Assembly: GCA_010909165.1 (NCBI GenBank) | Contig: MU008203.1 | Span: 186,001 to 250,000 of the forward strand | Length of the DNA stretch: 64,000 nt | Direction of reading: 5' to 3' | From: Anthoceros angustus | Taxonomy: Eukaryota; Plantae; Anthocerotophyta | Part shown: positions 23,725-37,456 of the stretch, in pieces | Layout: each line of letters begins with the position of its first letter | Numbering within the stretch: the first letter of the stretch is position 1 | Notes under the pieces: generated by a model | The model's database searches: none | What the model saw: the letters and a program-made list of their open reading frames with translations, nothing else | What the model was told of the DNA's origin: nothing | Program-made: the position numbers and the translations under genes

Positions 23725-25937
23725 TCATGACCTTGCCACAGGCATCTCAGCAAAATTCCTGGTCTGCGACAGGACTCTAACTTCGTCCCCACGCAGTCCA
23801 TTCCAGAAGTCTCTCGCGGACATCACTTTCTTGCCAGGAGGCTGGAGCTCCAGAACCTGCCAACAATGGGCATATGCACTTCATCAGCTTCAGGTGTGGG
23901 GCGCACGGTTTCAAGGCGATTACCGGAGATCACGGCAAACGTACCTCTAAAACTGAACCATCTCTGCATCGTATTGCTAATGCATCTTTGATGAGAACAA
24001 CTTTGTCAGATAACTGATCCAAAATTGGAAACTCACGAACCCTTGAGGTTATGACCTTGATGTCTACCTCCTGCGACTCCCCGTTGGATTTGCAAAACTG
24101 AAAAGTCGCCTTTGTGCCAGGCCATTCCGCAAAAGCCCTCACCTGATAAAATGTGGAAAATGGAGTGTTTCAGCTCCATCACTATACCGTATTATGGCAA
24201 ATTGGTAGTAAAATACGTGGCGATTGTAGTACCTTATTGTGGAGCACACTGGCGGATTCGTGAAAGAACAGCCATGCCTCGTCGGCAGTAACCTGAACGT
24301 TACAACCATACGTTAGTGCTTGACCAATTCCACCAGCTCTAAACATGCATACAAATGCCATGACAATTTCAATTTCACAAAGTAACCTTGGGTGCATGTG
24401 TGGCCCGCAAATGGTCTTGCTCTGTGGCGTTCTGCTTCGCTGTTCCATCTAAGATGGATGGAAGCTCCCTCAGCAGCAGCCTTGTTCCTGAAAATGTGGG
24501 CAACGCAGTCACAACTTGCCTAAAAAGGTTGCGAATAAAACAAAGAAAGTGAATGCCAGGTTGTCATTTATACGCAGTGATTTGCCACGATTAAACACAC
24601 ACCTATAGCAAAAAGCCTTTGCAGAGCATCTGGTGCCTACACAAATCAGCCTACAGTTGATCAGTAAATACACCTATAAAATCGGGTATCCACTTTTGTT
24701 TCTACTACAATCACAGATGTGAGGCTTACGCTTGCAAACGAAATAGATTTTAAAAGGAACACACCTTGATCGCTGAGTCCACCTCAAAAGTTTCGGATGC
24801 AATAATTGGCCCTGCATCCATAGTACGTACTGTGTATGCAACTGTGACACCTGTAACAGCCACACCATCCTGAAGCACAAAACAAAATGTTATCACCATT
24901 AGGGGGGGGAGGTCAGCCCGTGTGAGGCAATTACAGCCAAGCATAGGACACTCGCAGAAAACCACAGCTTCCCACCACCAAAAAGAAGAAAAAAAGTCAC
25001 CGGCCTGGAGTGCACGTTGAACAGGAGCAGCTCCCCTATACAAGGGTAGCAAGCTTGGGTGGATATTGACCGTCCCTGCGTCCATAAGACGCACTTTGGT
25101 TGAACAACGTTCAGACAACAGAAACGAGAACAACCAGCATGGTATTCAACGGCAGCATGGCTACCATAAGCAGGTATGTCGAGGAATCTTTTAGGGAGAT
25201 AATTGCCATATGCTGCTGTAATGCAGACCGCTGGATTTAAAGCCCTCAGTTCTGCCAAGAAATTTTCCTGCAGAGATCAGACAAGCGGAAGCTTTCTCCT
25301 AACAATCATACGGATACAAAAAAAAAACGACCAGATGCAGGCTCCTTGCAGAATTCAGTTTAGAAAAAACTGTGGCCGGAAGAAAATGAGGTCTAAACAG
25401 CAGTGAAAGCAGATCGACGGTACCTCTTTTGCAGTTTCAGGGGAGAAAATCAAAGAGGGTGGGAAATCTCGTTCTATTGCCCGCTGAGCGACAGGAGATG
25501 GGAGCTGCTTCCTGCCTCGGCCCCTAATAGAAGGAGGTTGAGTGACTACTCCTGCCACCTAGGTTGCAGAAACATTCCAGATCAGGTCGTCTGGGGGTGG
25601 AGGAACTCTTAAACCCTGAACCCTTCAAAATAACGGAGAAGAGGAGTGAAACCTCAAAGACCGAGCTCGCATCTTTCGCAGCCTCCAGCAGGGAGTCCAA
25701 CACGCCAGCTGCAACCTACCAGGCAGATTCTGCTCAGTGATTGGAAACGTACGTGACAAAATCAACCCGAGTTATCGGCAAAATTCAAAGAAGCAGAACG
25801 GTGTCAAACACCTGAGGCGTGCCAAGGAAGACCAGCGATTTTTTTGAGGGGTTGTCACTGCCATGACAGCATCTGACCGGATGCAAACATCGCCACGGCC
25901 GCGAGGCAGACAGCCTGGACGACATGGAGAGCATCAT
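23725..25937 (-). CDS. fmt: Methionyl-tRNA formyltransferase, organellar (multi-exon)
   Basis: Transit-like N-terminus, LVFLGTPQ, VVTQPP, ITAAYGNYLP, NIHPSLLPLYRGAAPVQRAL, TMDAGPI, RAFAEWPGT, LQAPGKKVMSARDFWNG. Confidence 0.92.
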
Positions 25938-26148
25938 AGCGTCGGAAGCAGGAATGGAGCCCTAACGTTGGTCTGAATATTCTAGGGCTCTGAAGACTCT
26001 GGTGAAGCAGGCCAAAATTCACGAGCATGAGGGCTCCAATGCGGAAGCATGGATGAGCGCAGCTGGATATTGCAGTGTCTGAAGCTCGCCGATGTGGGTC
26101 TGGACTGTGCTTGCCACTAATTTTCGTAGAATTTCAGGGGAGAACCCA

Positions 26149-27866
26149 ATGCAGGCCTCAACAGAAATTCCAGGAGCATCTGCGTTGTCCGACTTTTGCA
26201 AGTACAACCTGCCATTCATGCTGAGACTATTTGAATTGATGGAACTGTATGCTCTACTGAATCTGTATTCTGGTACGGGCTGCTATCGACTTGTCCGGTC
26301 TATGTCTGATGATGATGCTCACAAACCAGATCGTTTGGGCGCGCAGGCAGGATGATTCAGAAAGAGTTTACTCGAAAGAGCTAGCAGATATCATACAAGT
26401 GATTGCTGCTTATGGGAAGTACTGGTGAGATGTTTGGCTTCCATTGATTGACGGCCTTCTTCCACGGGATTCGATCGTTTCTGATTGCTGTCGTCGTCAT
26501 GGCTCCTGATCCAAAATGTCTTTGCCCAGGCATGATTGGTTCGATCTGAAAGTTTTGCTCGCTTTCCGCTTGCAGCAGGTGACTCATCAACCTTCCTTGT
26601 TTGCAGTGCATTCAACTGAAACCTGTGGCAGGAGGAGGGATCAGTAGTTAGTTATCTGACCTTGAAATTTATTTTGCAGATTCTGCAAACGTATTATGAA
26701 GCTCACACTTCAGCTGTTGGCCCTCCAAAGCCACTGGTTACAGGAGAAACTTTCGAAGAGCTATGTAACAGACTCTTAGGAAGTATGTCGCCAGCTTTAC
26801 TGCCTGGGTTTCGGATGTATATGCTTGCATTTGGCTGCATCCTTTCTTATTGGTCTGCAATCTGTCGTCTGCCAGGCCTGGACGTTTTTGACTCAGGACC
26901 ACCCTTCACTCTTCAGCGGCTTTGTGAGGTAAGTGTACAGTCATTCCTTTTCCATCAATACGACTTTTTATCAAAATTCCAGTCGCTCCATTCTTGCTGG
27001 ATTTAGAAAAATAACCTGTTCCTGGTTTTGCGAATTTGCCGTCTGCAATCTGTTGATTTCAAATGCCTTTGGTGGCACCTATGTCTAGATTTTGCTCAAC
27101 CCGGAGGCAATATACCCCAATCTGGACAAGGTTGGGCTAGCGTTTGAGAAGGTAAGAAACCATTCGTTTTGCGAAATCCCTTTCAGATCAGAATGAAGAT
27201 TACAGAGAAGTTGGTAGATTGGGAGTGGTGGCAAGCAATAGAATTGAGTTGGCTGAACTTTGACATTCAAAATGACTGAGTGTGGCTTATTATCTCCAGC
27301 TTTTACTTGTGACGTCCACCATTCCAAGATGCCAGGAACCCTATCCCTCGTCTCTTCCTCCAGTGAAGCAACTAGAGAGGAAGCCAGTTCCTGTCAAGGT
27401 CATCTCTGACCATGAGTTCGTACAAAGGGCCAAAGCTGCTACGCAGAACCAAGACAGTTCAAACGCCGAACCGAATGAGGAGATACCCTGGGGAAAAAAG
27501 TATGGGCGTACAGCCACAGAGAACGGGATTCCAACAGCTATCACGGTTGTGAAAGAAGCCGGTGAAGATATGGAAGTGGAGGTGGAGTTGGATGAACCAA
27601 CCTCAACTGAAATGGAAATTGAAGGCGCTTCTGAGAAAGTGTCTGGAGACGGCCAGGAAGCCTTGCCAGACGAGGCCCTCGCTGACCCCACCCCTGAGGC
27701 TGCCAGCAACGAGCCCGAGACTTTAATGGAAGAGGTTCCTGCAGCCGAAGAAGTCCCTGCCGTGGAAGAAGACAAAATGGAGGAAGGATCCTCAGCAGAT
27801 GCTGTGCAGGAGGAGATGGGCGATGCGAGTACAACTAGCGGCACAATAGATCCAGTAATTGTCTGA
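26149..27866 (+). CDS. PP4R2: Protein phosphatase 4 regulatory subunit 2 (multi-exon; start codon uncertain)
   Basis: IAAYGKYW|HDWFDLKVLLAFRLQQ, FDSGPPFTLQRLCE|ILLNPEAIYPNLDKVGLAFEK|LLLVTST, acidic C-tail. Confidence 0.85.
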
Positions 27867-28203
27867 ATAGGTTTAGCCAGCAGGTGGAATTGGAATGGTG
27901 TGCAACTAGATGTCTTTTATGAGTTGAGGGGTATCCCGACGCCTGCTAAGTTTCTTGTGCAGACCCTTTCTTATCGAGACGCAATTGGGGTGCTTGTCGT
28001 GATGCAGTATTGTTGAGGTCAAAATATGCAGGCTGGCGGTTCTGCAAGCAGAGTGTTCATTTTATGCAAGCTGCTGTTACAGCTTGAGGAAGGAAGAAGG
28101 GGGACAAAAAGCTGCAGTATTTATTACATGAATTTTCCGGGAGCAACTCCCAACTACTACTGTACAATGAAGCAATGTTAGAGGCTGAACTCCTTTCCTC
28201 ACG

Positions 28204-29217
28204 TCATTTTTTCATGAGAAGCACCACGGTGTGTGCCGCTATGCTTCGATTCTCCCCCAGGCTGTCCACCTTCTCGTGCGTCTTGGCCTTGATGTTGAGC
28301 ACAGATGCATCCACATCCAGCAACTCCACTAAGTTGGCAAGGATAGCCGGCTTGTGAGGACTCAGCTTCGGTCTCTGTGCAATGATGGTGGCATCCAAAT
28401 TTCCAATCTCGTAGCCTGCCTCGTGCATGCGCCTCACCTGCAGTGCATGACAAGGTCACTGCGTCAGCTGCCACTCAGGGCACTCAAACGTCCCCGAAAA
28501 CATTCAACAGGACCGAAAAACAATACTCACAGCTTCCCTGATGAAAACCGACGATGGTGCTCCTTTCCAGGTCGGATCAGTGTCAGGAAAGAGCTGTCCG
28601 ATGTCTGGCAGCCCCAGCGCTCCCAGGATGGCATCCACAATACAGTGCAGCAACACATCCCCTGCAGACCACGCAGTCAAACCTCCGGTTCGCCGCACTC
28701 CCCTCAAAAATCGCAAACACAGCTAAGAGAAAACGCTTCTTCATACCATCGGAATGCGCTTCGCAGCCGCGTTCATGCGGAATGTTCACTCCCCCGATGA
28801 TGAGAGGATACCCCGGCTCCAGCCGATGCAGGTCGAAGCCATGCCCTACTCTGAACGGCAGAACCGGCACCTTCCTAGCTTTCGCAACCTTAGGCTCCGC
28901 ATCCACAGCCGTGCTGGCAGCCTGGCACACCACTCGTTCCCGTCTTTGCTCCGGCCTGCTGGCCGAGTAGCTCGTCCATCCTCTCCTCGATTGCAAGCTG
29001 CACGAAGGAGCATCAGCCGCTGCGTCGCAAAGCAACACAACCGAACCGAAGGCTCCCGAATTCCGAGCCAGCAAACTGAGCAGCACAAGAACCAGTACCT
29101 GAATCCCAGGCGCAGCTGCTGCTGCCCCGCCGCCGCCTCCCTCAACGGATGTGCCGAAGAGCTCGGCACGTGCTCGCTCCCGCAGCGCACAGACGCAACC
29201 ATCCCGAGCGTCGCCAT
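28204..29217 (-). CDS. ispF: 2-C-methyl-D-erythritol 2,4-cyclodiphosphate synthase, plastid (4 exons)
   Basis: [14 protein letters not shown]|[62 protein letters not shown]; transit peptide. Confidence 0.95.
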
Positions 29218-31029
29218 CCCTGGGAGGCGAGCTTGACCGCTCGTGGAGTGCAGAGAATGCAAGCGCCCGGGTGCGAGTCGAGTCCGGGAGACTTGCTTTA
29301 CCCAAATGAAAGTTGAAGAGCGGAGGAATCGCAAAGCAGAAGGCAGGGAGGGGGGGGGCAAAGTGAAGGCCAAACACGAGCGCTTTGTGGATTCCTGGAG
29401 CCGAGATGCTGCTGGAGCACTCCAAGGTGCTATATAAATTTCCTCACCTGCGCCTCGAGCGAGTCGAGTCCGATACAGTTCACCCGCCAGTCAAACCACA
29501 GGTGCAGTGAGGTGCACCGAAAATGGGTTTCCAACGTTTCAAATTACGTTATGTATGAAGAAGGACTCTTTCAATACGCAGTCCCCCCCACCACTGCTTA
29601 TTGGAATAAACTGCTTTTTTATATGTTACAAAGAGATACCTTGTCACTTTATTGTGAAGAGAGGATGGACTCACACACCTTATAAAAAGTAGCTAGGTAA
29701 TGTAAATATAGCCAGTCGAGAGCTGCGCATTGGGCATATATAGAGAAGGGAATAAGGGTGTATGGCCACCCCTAACCTCGAATGAACCTTGTATCATATT
29801 CGTATGTCATGTTCGGGCACCTTAAAAAGTGACCGCCATTGCGTCGGTATGCTTCAGAGTTCACTGCCTCGTGGAGGTTTCCTGCGGGCCATGAATGACT
29901 TTGCAAAAGCTGGGCCTTCTAAGTCATGGGATGGGGTCTCATGTCATTGAGATACAAGTTAGCCCAACAACTTTAGGTGTATCTAAAAATGGACCTGATA
30001 AACTTCATCAAGTCTAGTATAGTCTGAGGTGCGGCATTCATTGCTCGTTGTCGTTAGTGTGACGGGGCAAGTTTTTAGGGGGATTTTCCGCACACGCGAA
30101 CCCGGCCTAACTTTCAACCCGGGAGGCTGTGTTGCTTATTGAAAGTAGATTTGGAAAATAGCGAATATGTTATAAGATAGATGCAGTTTTACACATATAC
30201 ACAGTTTCAATTATTATATAGATGGAGAGAAAGAAACTCGTTTACCAAGTATAAGGTCGCTTAGAGGAGGACTTCTACGAGTTACAAGTTTCACAATAGA
30301 CTAGTTTATTGCGCCGATTTCGATTACGCTTAATTGTGTCGGTTGCGCCAACTGCCCTGCCATGCTTACTTGGCATGCTATGAAAAGAAGATGAGTCCCA
30401 AAGAAGCTCTACGAGATCATTTTGAGATAGCTGAGTACACACCCTACTGGATTATAATCAAATATATACTTGAATAAGAACGTACCATGATGTGATGCTG
30501 ATTCATCGTTAAGCCAACGATGATACAACACTCTCGCAAGCTGGCTAGGCGTAGTATTGTGCATGGCTTCAGCAGAAATCTTATCTACAAGCTGGAAAAG
30601 ATTCTTGAGGCGTGTTGGCCATTGAATGGAAACTCGAAATCTTTTATCGTTGCTGAGGTACACATATTTTAGATCTTGCCAATTTAGTTAACTTAGGTTT
30701 CTAATCCTTCTTTGCAGAAATTCCTTCAACCAAGGGTGGTAGGAGTTCACCATGTTCTTTTTACAGAGCTCTAACAATAAGACCCTCAAGTCTTTCAAAG
30801 CTAACTGCGATCCAAACGACGCCCGAATATCATGCAGCTCATCCATATGTTTGTCCAAATTTCACTCTAATCTCTAATTGATCTTTTGAAGATCTGACAA
30901 TTGCTTTCACATAAACAATTTGCTTCTCCAAGTCTTACGCCTCATAAGTCACAGCATTGCTATTCAACTCCTGGAGCAATTCCAGTCACACCTTTGTCCC
31001 CATCAATTTGGGATTACCACTCCGGGGGG

Positions 31030-31960
31030 TTGTGAGTTGGCGGCCTTTCGAGTTGAGGTGGTTTTGGAGACTTATCTTGATTGATGTCGAGAATGCTTTC
31101 AACATTGTCTTTAGTCAGCTATTTTTATGGAGCTCAAGGATGAGGGCGGGTAGTTAGCAAGTCTTATTCCATTTGTCCGCTCTTTCAACGGTTCTCCGTT
31201 TAACCTCTACTTTCAGCATGGGCCATCTACAGAAGGGGTTTTCATGCTTGACTCAGTGATAGGCACGAAGCAGGGAGACCCCTTGGGGGGCCCTCTTTGC
31301 TGTGGCGCACTTCAGGGAGTTGTCCACTTCTACCTCCACGGTTGAGGAGTGTCTTTTCCCGTTCGTCATGAATGACTCTCATATCTTAGGACAAGAGAGC
31401 AAAATTTGGGAGGCATTCGAACTCTTCTCCTTAGAGCTATCCCGCCCGGGTTTGAGGGATAAGATCCTGAAGTGCAAGGGTTGGTCCTCGTCCGGCATCA
31501 CTCCCTCTCTTCAATATCATGGGGGAACATTGTTTTCGTGCAAGGATTTCGAGTCTTGAGGATACCGGTGGGACCCCCGGACTTTATTCATGGTTTTATT
31601 GATGCTTCTTTGGAGGAGGACTTAGCCCACATCGGCGACCTCTTTCAGTTAAGGGACCCTCATGTGGCATTTGACATCTTTTCTTCCAGCTTCGCACGTC
31701 AGCTATGGTACCTCACTAGAACGGTTGCTCCCTCCTTAATTTTTCTATCAAGCTTAGGGAAGTTTGATAAATAGGTCATGCAGGCGCTTGGGGACATCAT
31801 TGGGCTAGGCACCTTCGAGTGTACCACAGGGGGTCTGGCGAGGTGGTAAGCATCCCTACTTGTCGTCTTTGGGGGACTGGTCTGTCGGCCATGGAGGCCT
31901 TGGCACCGGCAGCCTTCCTTGGGAGCTGGGCTCTCTCTGCCCCGCTTTGCCATCTCAGTT
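31030..31960 (+). mobile_element. Degenerate CRE-like non-LTR retrotransposon RT
   Basis: IDVENAFN, GTKQGDPLGGPLFA, MNDSHILG (YxDD-like), LRIPVG, YLTRTVAP, GGL...LAPAAFLGSWA; stops and frameshifts. Confidence 0.7.
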
Positions 31961-32121
31961 CTTAATCTATCAAGGTTCCATTGTACTGCCTCATTAGGCT
32001 TTCCATGTTTAGCATGGGCAGAGATAACGGAAGATCACGTAAAAACATCCGTTTCGCTTACCCTGGGAGGATCACTCTGTTGCGAATGTTGTCGTAACGG
32101 ACCCTACCCAGCGTGGTCAAG

Positions 32122-32313
32122 TAAGAAAGTGTGAGGGTGACAACACGAGCTCACCCGCAGAGTAGAAGAACGCACAATGTAATTAATAATAACAATGTAA
32201 TACAAACTTATATGTCAAAAATGTTCTAAATACTAAGAGTCGTACCCCTTGACATAATTAACCCTAATATAAGCATCTATATAATAAACGAGGGATGAAT
32301 TACTTATTTAACA
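32122..32313 (-). repeat. 3' LTR (TGTTA...TCTTA)
   Basis: Preceded on the minus strand by the PPT GAGGGAG; followed directly by the TSD. Confidence 0.9.
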
Positions 32314-33078
32314 CTCCCTCTTAATCATCACGAGCTTTAAAAAGGGAATCATATCGCATCATCTCGCTGGGATGCACAAGGAGCACGCCTTCCAGCTCTC
32401 ACATTCGCCTCGCATCGCCAGTCTGTCGCGAGTACACAACCCACCTTCACGCTAGGCCAGATGGGACTACATATGGCGCCGCTCATGGCTTCCTTTCTCG
32501 CAGCGGTCTACACAGCCTCCGTGCTTCTGCAGTTGCTCATCGCCATGGCAACCAGGAGCGAATAGAGTAGCACCACCGGAGCAGAAAAGGGCAAGGAGAG
32601 GACCAGCAGGCGCAAGCCTGTCGCGAAGGAAACCGGTAGGGAAGCAGCAAGCAAGGAGAAACCGGAGGAGCGATACACCATGGGCAAGTGCATGAGGATC
32701 AACGGGTACCGGTGACACTGCAGACGACTCTGACCTTGGGAAAAGACAAAGACGACGGGGAGGAGTGGGATTTAGGTCCACTGACCCCTGAGGAGGACGT
32801 CAATCTGCTCGGACGGCTCAGAGAAATAGGAAGGCTCCTCAACGAGCTAAAGGAGGAGACCAACGACCTGTTGCAGCTGCCAGCAGGCGATTAGGTAAGC
32901 TTCGAGCTTCATCCGTCTGCTGTTCTGTAAATACTTCAACCCATCCGACCAAAAGGAGCTGACCATTGCATCCCCTCTGTGTGCATACAGGCTGCATGAA
33001 CTCGGCCAACAGTAACAGGGCTTCAGCAGCACAGCACACAACTGGAGCATGTAATCAGCAGCGCCTTGGTCAGATAAG

Positions 33079-36000
33079 TTATTGTGACTTGTAGAAATAG
33101 GGTGAGAAGTCTGCGAGCCCAAGGCCCTGCATGTGCTGATAATGTCTTTGCTTGGACAGTCCCTTGGTTAGAATATCGGCTGTATTATCATCTGTAGGAA
33201 CATAGCCTACCTTAACTACTCCACGTTCCACTACATCTCGTATGTAATGGTGCTGTATCTCAATGTATTTCGTCCTAGCATGGAATTTTGGATTAGCCAC
33301 CAGTGCTAGAGCCGACATGTTGTCGCAGAGTAAGGGGGTAGGATCCTTTTGTAACTGTCTTAAGTCCTTTAAAAACATCCTTTCCCATTTAGCCTCTTTC
33401 GATGCATCTGTTAGGGACTTGTATTCTGCCTCGGTGGAGGACAAAGCTATAGAAGTCTGCTTTTTGCAGCTCCAATTAACTGCAGCAGATGCTAATATAA
33501 AACAATATGTGCTTAGGCTTTTACGAGAATCCGAGTCTGACGCCCAGTCAGCATCTGTGAATCCACTTAGCAACAACTTGTGTGAATCACTGCTTCTGTA
33601 AACTAGCCCATAGGTCTGTGTTCCTTTCAGATACCTGAAGATCCTTTTTACAGCAGACCAATGTGCCCTACCAGGCTTTTCGAGAAACTGAGAGACTGTA
33701 GATACTGAGTATTGAATATCAGGTCTAGTCTAGTTACTAACAAAAATTAAGCTGCCTACAGCATGTCGATAGGGAACTTCTACCATATCGCTGATCTCTT
33801 CTGCTGTTTGTGTACACTGTAGACTTGTGAGCTTCGTACCAGCTGCAAAGGGAGTTGTGGCAGGTCTTGCCTCATCTAGCTTGAACTTCCGAAGAATTTC
33901 ATTTATGTACTTGTATTGATGAATTATCATCAGTCCTTCGGATCTGACCCGTAATATTTGTATCCCAAGGCAAAATCTAAGCTCGCCAATGTTCTTCATT
34001 TCAAACTTGGAGCTTAACATCTGTTTGACTTCTTCTAACATACTCTTGCTGTTGGTAGCGAGGATGACATCGTCCACATAGAGTGCGAGGAGAACAAAAT
34101 CAGATCCTGTGGACAGCCTGTACATATTGCTGTCTGCTGCATTCTGAATAAAAGAGATGCTAAGAAGATAGAGATGCATGGTAATGTACCAGACCCTACC
34201 GCTCTGCTTTAAGCCATAGATGCACTTGAGTAACTTGAGCACTTTGTGTGGGTGCTCTTTACTAACATAGCCTTCCGGTTGCTCCATATACAGATCTTCA
34301 TCTAAGGAGCCATATAAAAAGGCAGTGCACACATCCATTTGGTGGAGTTCGAGGTCTAACTCAGCAGCAAAGGCAAGGATCATCCTGATGGATTGGGCGC
34401 GGACTACAGGGGAAAAGGTTTCCTGGTAGTCCAGACCTTCGACTTGGGAGAAACCACGGGCCACAAGCCATGCCTTAAAGCGAGCTACTTGTCCTTGAGC
34501 ATTAAGTTTGAGTTTAAATACCCACTTACATGATATGGGCTTCCTTCCAGGCGGTGGATCGACTAATGTCCAAGTTTTATTTTTGATCAAACTTTGGTAC
34601 TCATCCTTCACTGCGAAACGCCACTGGGAGGATTCAGGGCCGGTGAAGGCCAGTTTTAAGGATGTGGGCTCATCAGCAAAGCTGGAGAAACCTGAAGCAC
34701 TTTGTGTGTGGAACAAGTAGAGGTACGAAAGTCTATAGATTCGTATCTGGGTTCGGACCATTGATCAGGGGGAGGTCTGTGCCGGGAGCTGAGGCGTAAA
34801 ATAGGTTCGGGCTCAGGCTCAGGTTCGGGAGGATCAGGGGCATCTAGGTTATCATTGTCTGCATCCAGGTCGAGGACCTCAAAATCAGAATGCGAGCCTA
34901 TGCTGTGATTATCCTCTGGTGGATCTGGATCAGCAATATCCAGGTCAATGACACCAAAGGTAATATTACTGGAGTAATCATCAAGAGGGCCTGCCTGCAT
35001 CACCATCATCCAGAGGGTAAGATACAGGTGGAGTTGCATCAAGAGAGTCATCATCAGCATCTTCGTGTGCTCCCTCTAAATCCAAGTCCGCGGCCATAAC
35101 AGGAGCATGTGAGGTGACAGACTCTTTTGCCTCCAGAAATGTAACACTGCGCGCCAAGGTAACAGTCTGATGCTCTTGATCAAATAATTTGTATGCCTTC
35201 ACGTGCTCACTGTAACCGATGAAGATCAGTCCCTTAGCCCTGTTTTCTAACTTCCTGCGTTTTTGCTCTGGAATGTAGGCATATGCCCTAGATCCGAAGA
35301 CTCGCAAGTGTAATATACTAGGCTTCCTTCCCCATAATATCTCATGTGGGGTTTTGCCCCTGCGTGATGGTCACAACCACTGCTCGTAATGTGGTGGCGC
35401 CTCCGATCTCCAGGGAGACGACCACGACATACTTCTAATCATCCCAAGTAAGGTTTGATTTTTCCTTTCAGCAACGCCGTTCGGTTGCTGGGTATAGGGC
35501 ACTATGAGCTGTCGTTCAATCCCTCTCTCCTGTAGGAACTCATCGAAGGCATGATTCACAAACTCTCTGCCGTTGTCCGTTCTTAAAACCTTTAGGAAGT
35601 TGCCCGTCTGCCTCTCTACTGTGGTCAACCAATCCTTGAAGTAGGTAAAGGTGTCACTTTTGAGGTGCATGGGATATGTCTATGAGTATCTGCTGAAATC
35701 ATCAGTCAGGGTGAAATAGTAGAGGGATCCTCCAAGTGACAGTTCGTGGATCTTTCCAGAAAATGTCTGCATGAATTAATGCCAGTGTCTTGTTTGCTCT
35801 CTGTACATGTTTCGGGAATGGGAGTTCTTTTTGCTTTGCAAGCACATAGGATTCGCAAACGGGGAGATCCTTAAAGCACTTGGGTAAGGGTTCCCTGTAG
35901 CAGTCCTTAGAAGACATGTCAACCAACTTGTTCCTGTTGATATGGCCTAGCCTAGCATGCCAGAGAGAGGCTAATTCTATTGGCTTCATGGCAGGTGGAC

Positions 36001-36490
36001 TAGTGGAAAGTGCAATGGGGTCCTGGATTCCTGTTATGGACAGTCTATATAGATCTTCATGGGGAACACCCTTGAAAACGCACTGATCTGGAAGGTCAGA
36101 TCTGAAGAAGCAGCAGTCTCCTGCAGAGACGAACATCTGAAAAGTTCCTTGCTTCATCAGCTTACTCATTGACATGAGGTTCTTCCCCATCTGTGGGACA
36201 TAGAGGACATGATCCAAGGTGAGAGTTGTGCCATCTTGCAGGGGAAATTTACAAATCCCTTGTCCTCGGATGGGCACGCTGGTTTGATTCTGTTCATCTC
36301 CGAGAAGCACCCTTTCCTTAACTGGGCGAAGGTCCAGCCTATAGAATTGTGCCTCGTCATTGCAGATATGAGCAGTCACTCCACTGTCGAGGTACCACCC
36401 CTTATCCTGCTGCAACTGACTTGCTAGACAAACTGTTAGAATCTTCACCGTTTTTGCATTCTCAGTTGGAGTTTTGTCCTTGACAGCCAC
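33079..36490 (-). pseudogene. Copia pol (protease, integrase, RT, RNase H) with frameshifts/stops
   Basis: WYLDSG, WHARLGH, LRTDNGREF, GVAERKN, RFKAWLVARGFSQ, QMDVCTAFL, LYGLKQ-like IYGLKQSGR, YVDD, GFTDADWA, ALSSTEAEY, RTKYIEIQHHYIRD. Confidence 0.92.
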
Positions 36491-36517
36491 ACTGGCTGAC
36501 TGTCGCAGGCCTGGCTT

Positions 36518-37456
36518 TTATGGCTCCTCGGCCTTCTTCTTGCGGCACTCACATGCCCAATGGCCGACAACACCACACCAGTTACAGTTCCCTGTACGAC
36601 GAGAAGAACTAGAGCTCGACTCACTCTTAGAGCCTGCAGATGGCACCTTCCCTTTATTCTTGTAAGGTTTGAACTTAGCAGCCAATGCCTTATCCGTCCT
36701 CGGCTTAGAGGCTCCACTGGCATTCAAGCGACTCTGCTCTTGCTGGTAGAGTGCCCCAATGATCTCCTCCACTGTCAGGGTGGAGGCAGATCCTGCTTGG
36801 CTGGAAATCAGCATTAGGCTTGTAACAAAGTTCTGGTATGAAGGGGGGAGACTCATCAGAAGTTGGGCGGAAGCGTCCACCTCTGACATCTTGGAACCAA
36901 GCGACTCTAGCTGCCCTCTTAAATGGCGAAACTTAGAGGTATGTGCTGCTATGGTTTCGCCCTCTTTCATTCGAAGGGCACTAAATTCCTGTCTTGCGTT
37001 GTAAATGGTAAGCACGTTATTGACATTATATGTGTTAGACAGCTGATCCCAGATTTGGTGGGCTTCTGTCAGGAATTCTATGCTGGGGACTAAAGCCGAA
37101 TCTAGACCACTAATGAGAAGTGCCACAGCTATACCATTCAGGTTGTCCCATTTCTCGATTTCAGTTGCTGTAGGTGCAAGGTTTGCGTTTGGATCTGGTT
37201 TGGGGCTTGACTTATCAACCACCTTCCAAACTCCTCTACCAATGAGGGTAGACTTCATGCGGACACGCCAGACAGGGTATTGAGAGCCATTAAATCTATC
37301 TTTTTCCTTTATGTGGTTTGTGTAGACAGGACCTGAGGAGGACGATGCCTGTGCCGCGCTGGTAGACATGTTTATAGGATTGTTCACTGCTGTGTTATTG
37401 AGTGACAATGAGTTAAACAGATTTATAAGTTGATTTATGCTACTGTTTATAGACAT
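36518..37456 (-). CDS. Copia gag with CCHC zinc knuckle
   Basis: RFNGSQYPVWRVRM, LLMSLPPSY, CNWCGVVGHWACEC; ends at an in-frame TAA before pol. Confidence 0.88.
   Translation of the reverse strand: MSINSSINQLINLFNSLSLNNTAVNNPINMSTSAAQASSSSGPVYTNHIKEKDRFNGSQYPVWRVRMKSTLIGRGVWKVVDKSSPKPDPNANLAPTATEIEKWDNLNGIAVALLISGLDSALVPSIEFLTEAHQIWDQLSNTYNVNNVLTIYNARQEFSALRMKEGETIAAHTSKFRHLRGQLESLGSKMSEVDASAQLLMSLPPSYQNFVTSLMLISSQAGSASTLTVEEIIGALYQQEQSRLNASGASKPRTDKALAAKFKPYKNKGKVPSAGSKSESSSSSSRRTGNCNWCGVVGHWACECRKKKAEEP

Noticed and set aside
29700-30900. AT-rich interval with an 84-aa minus ORF
   Set aside because: Probably TE debris; no supportable identity
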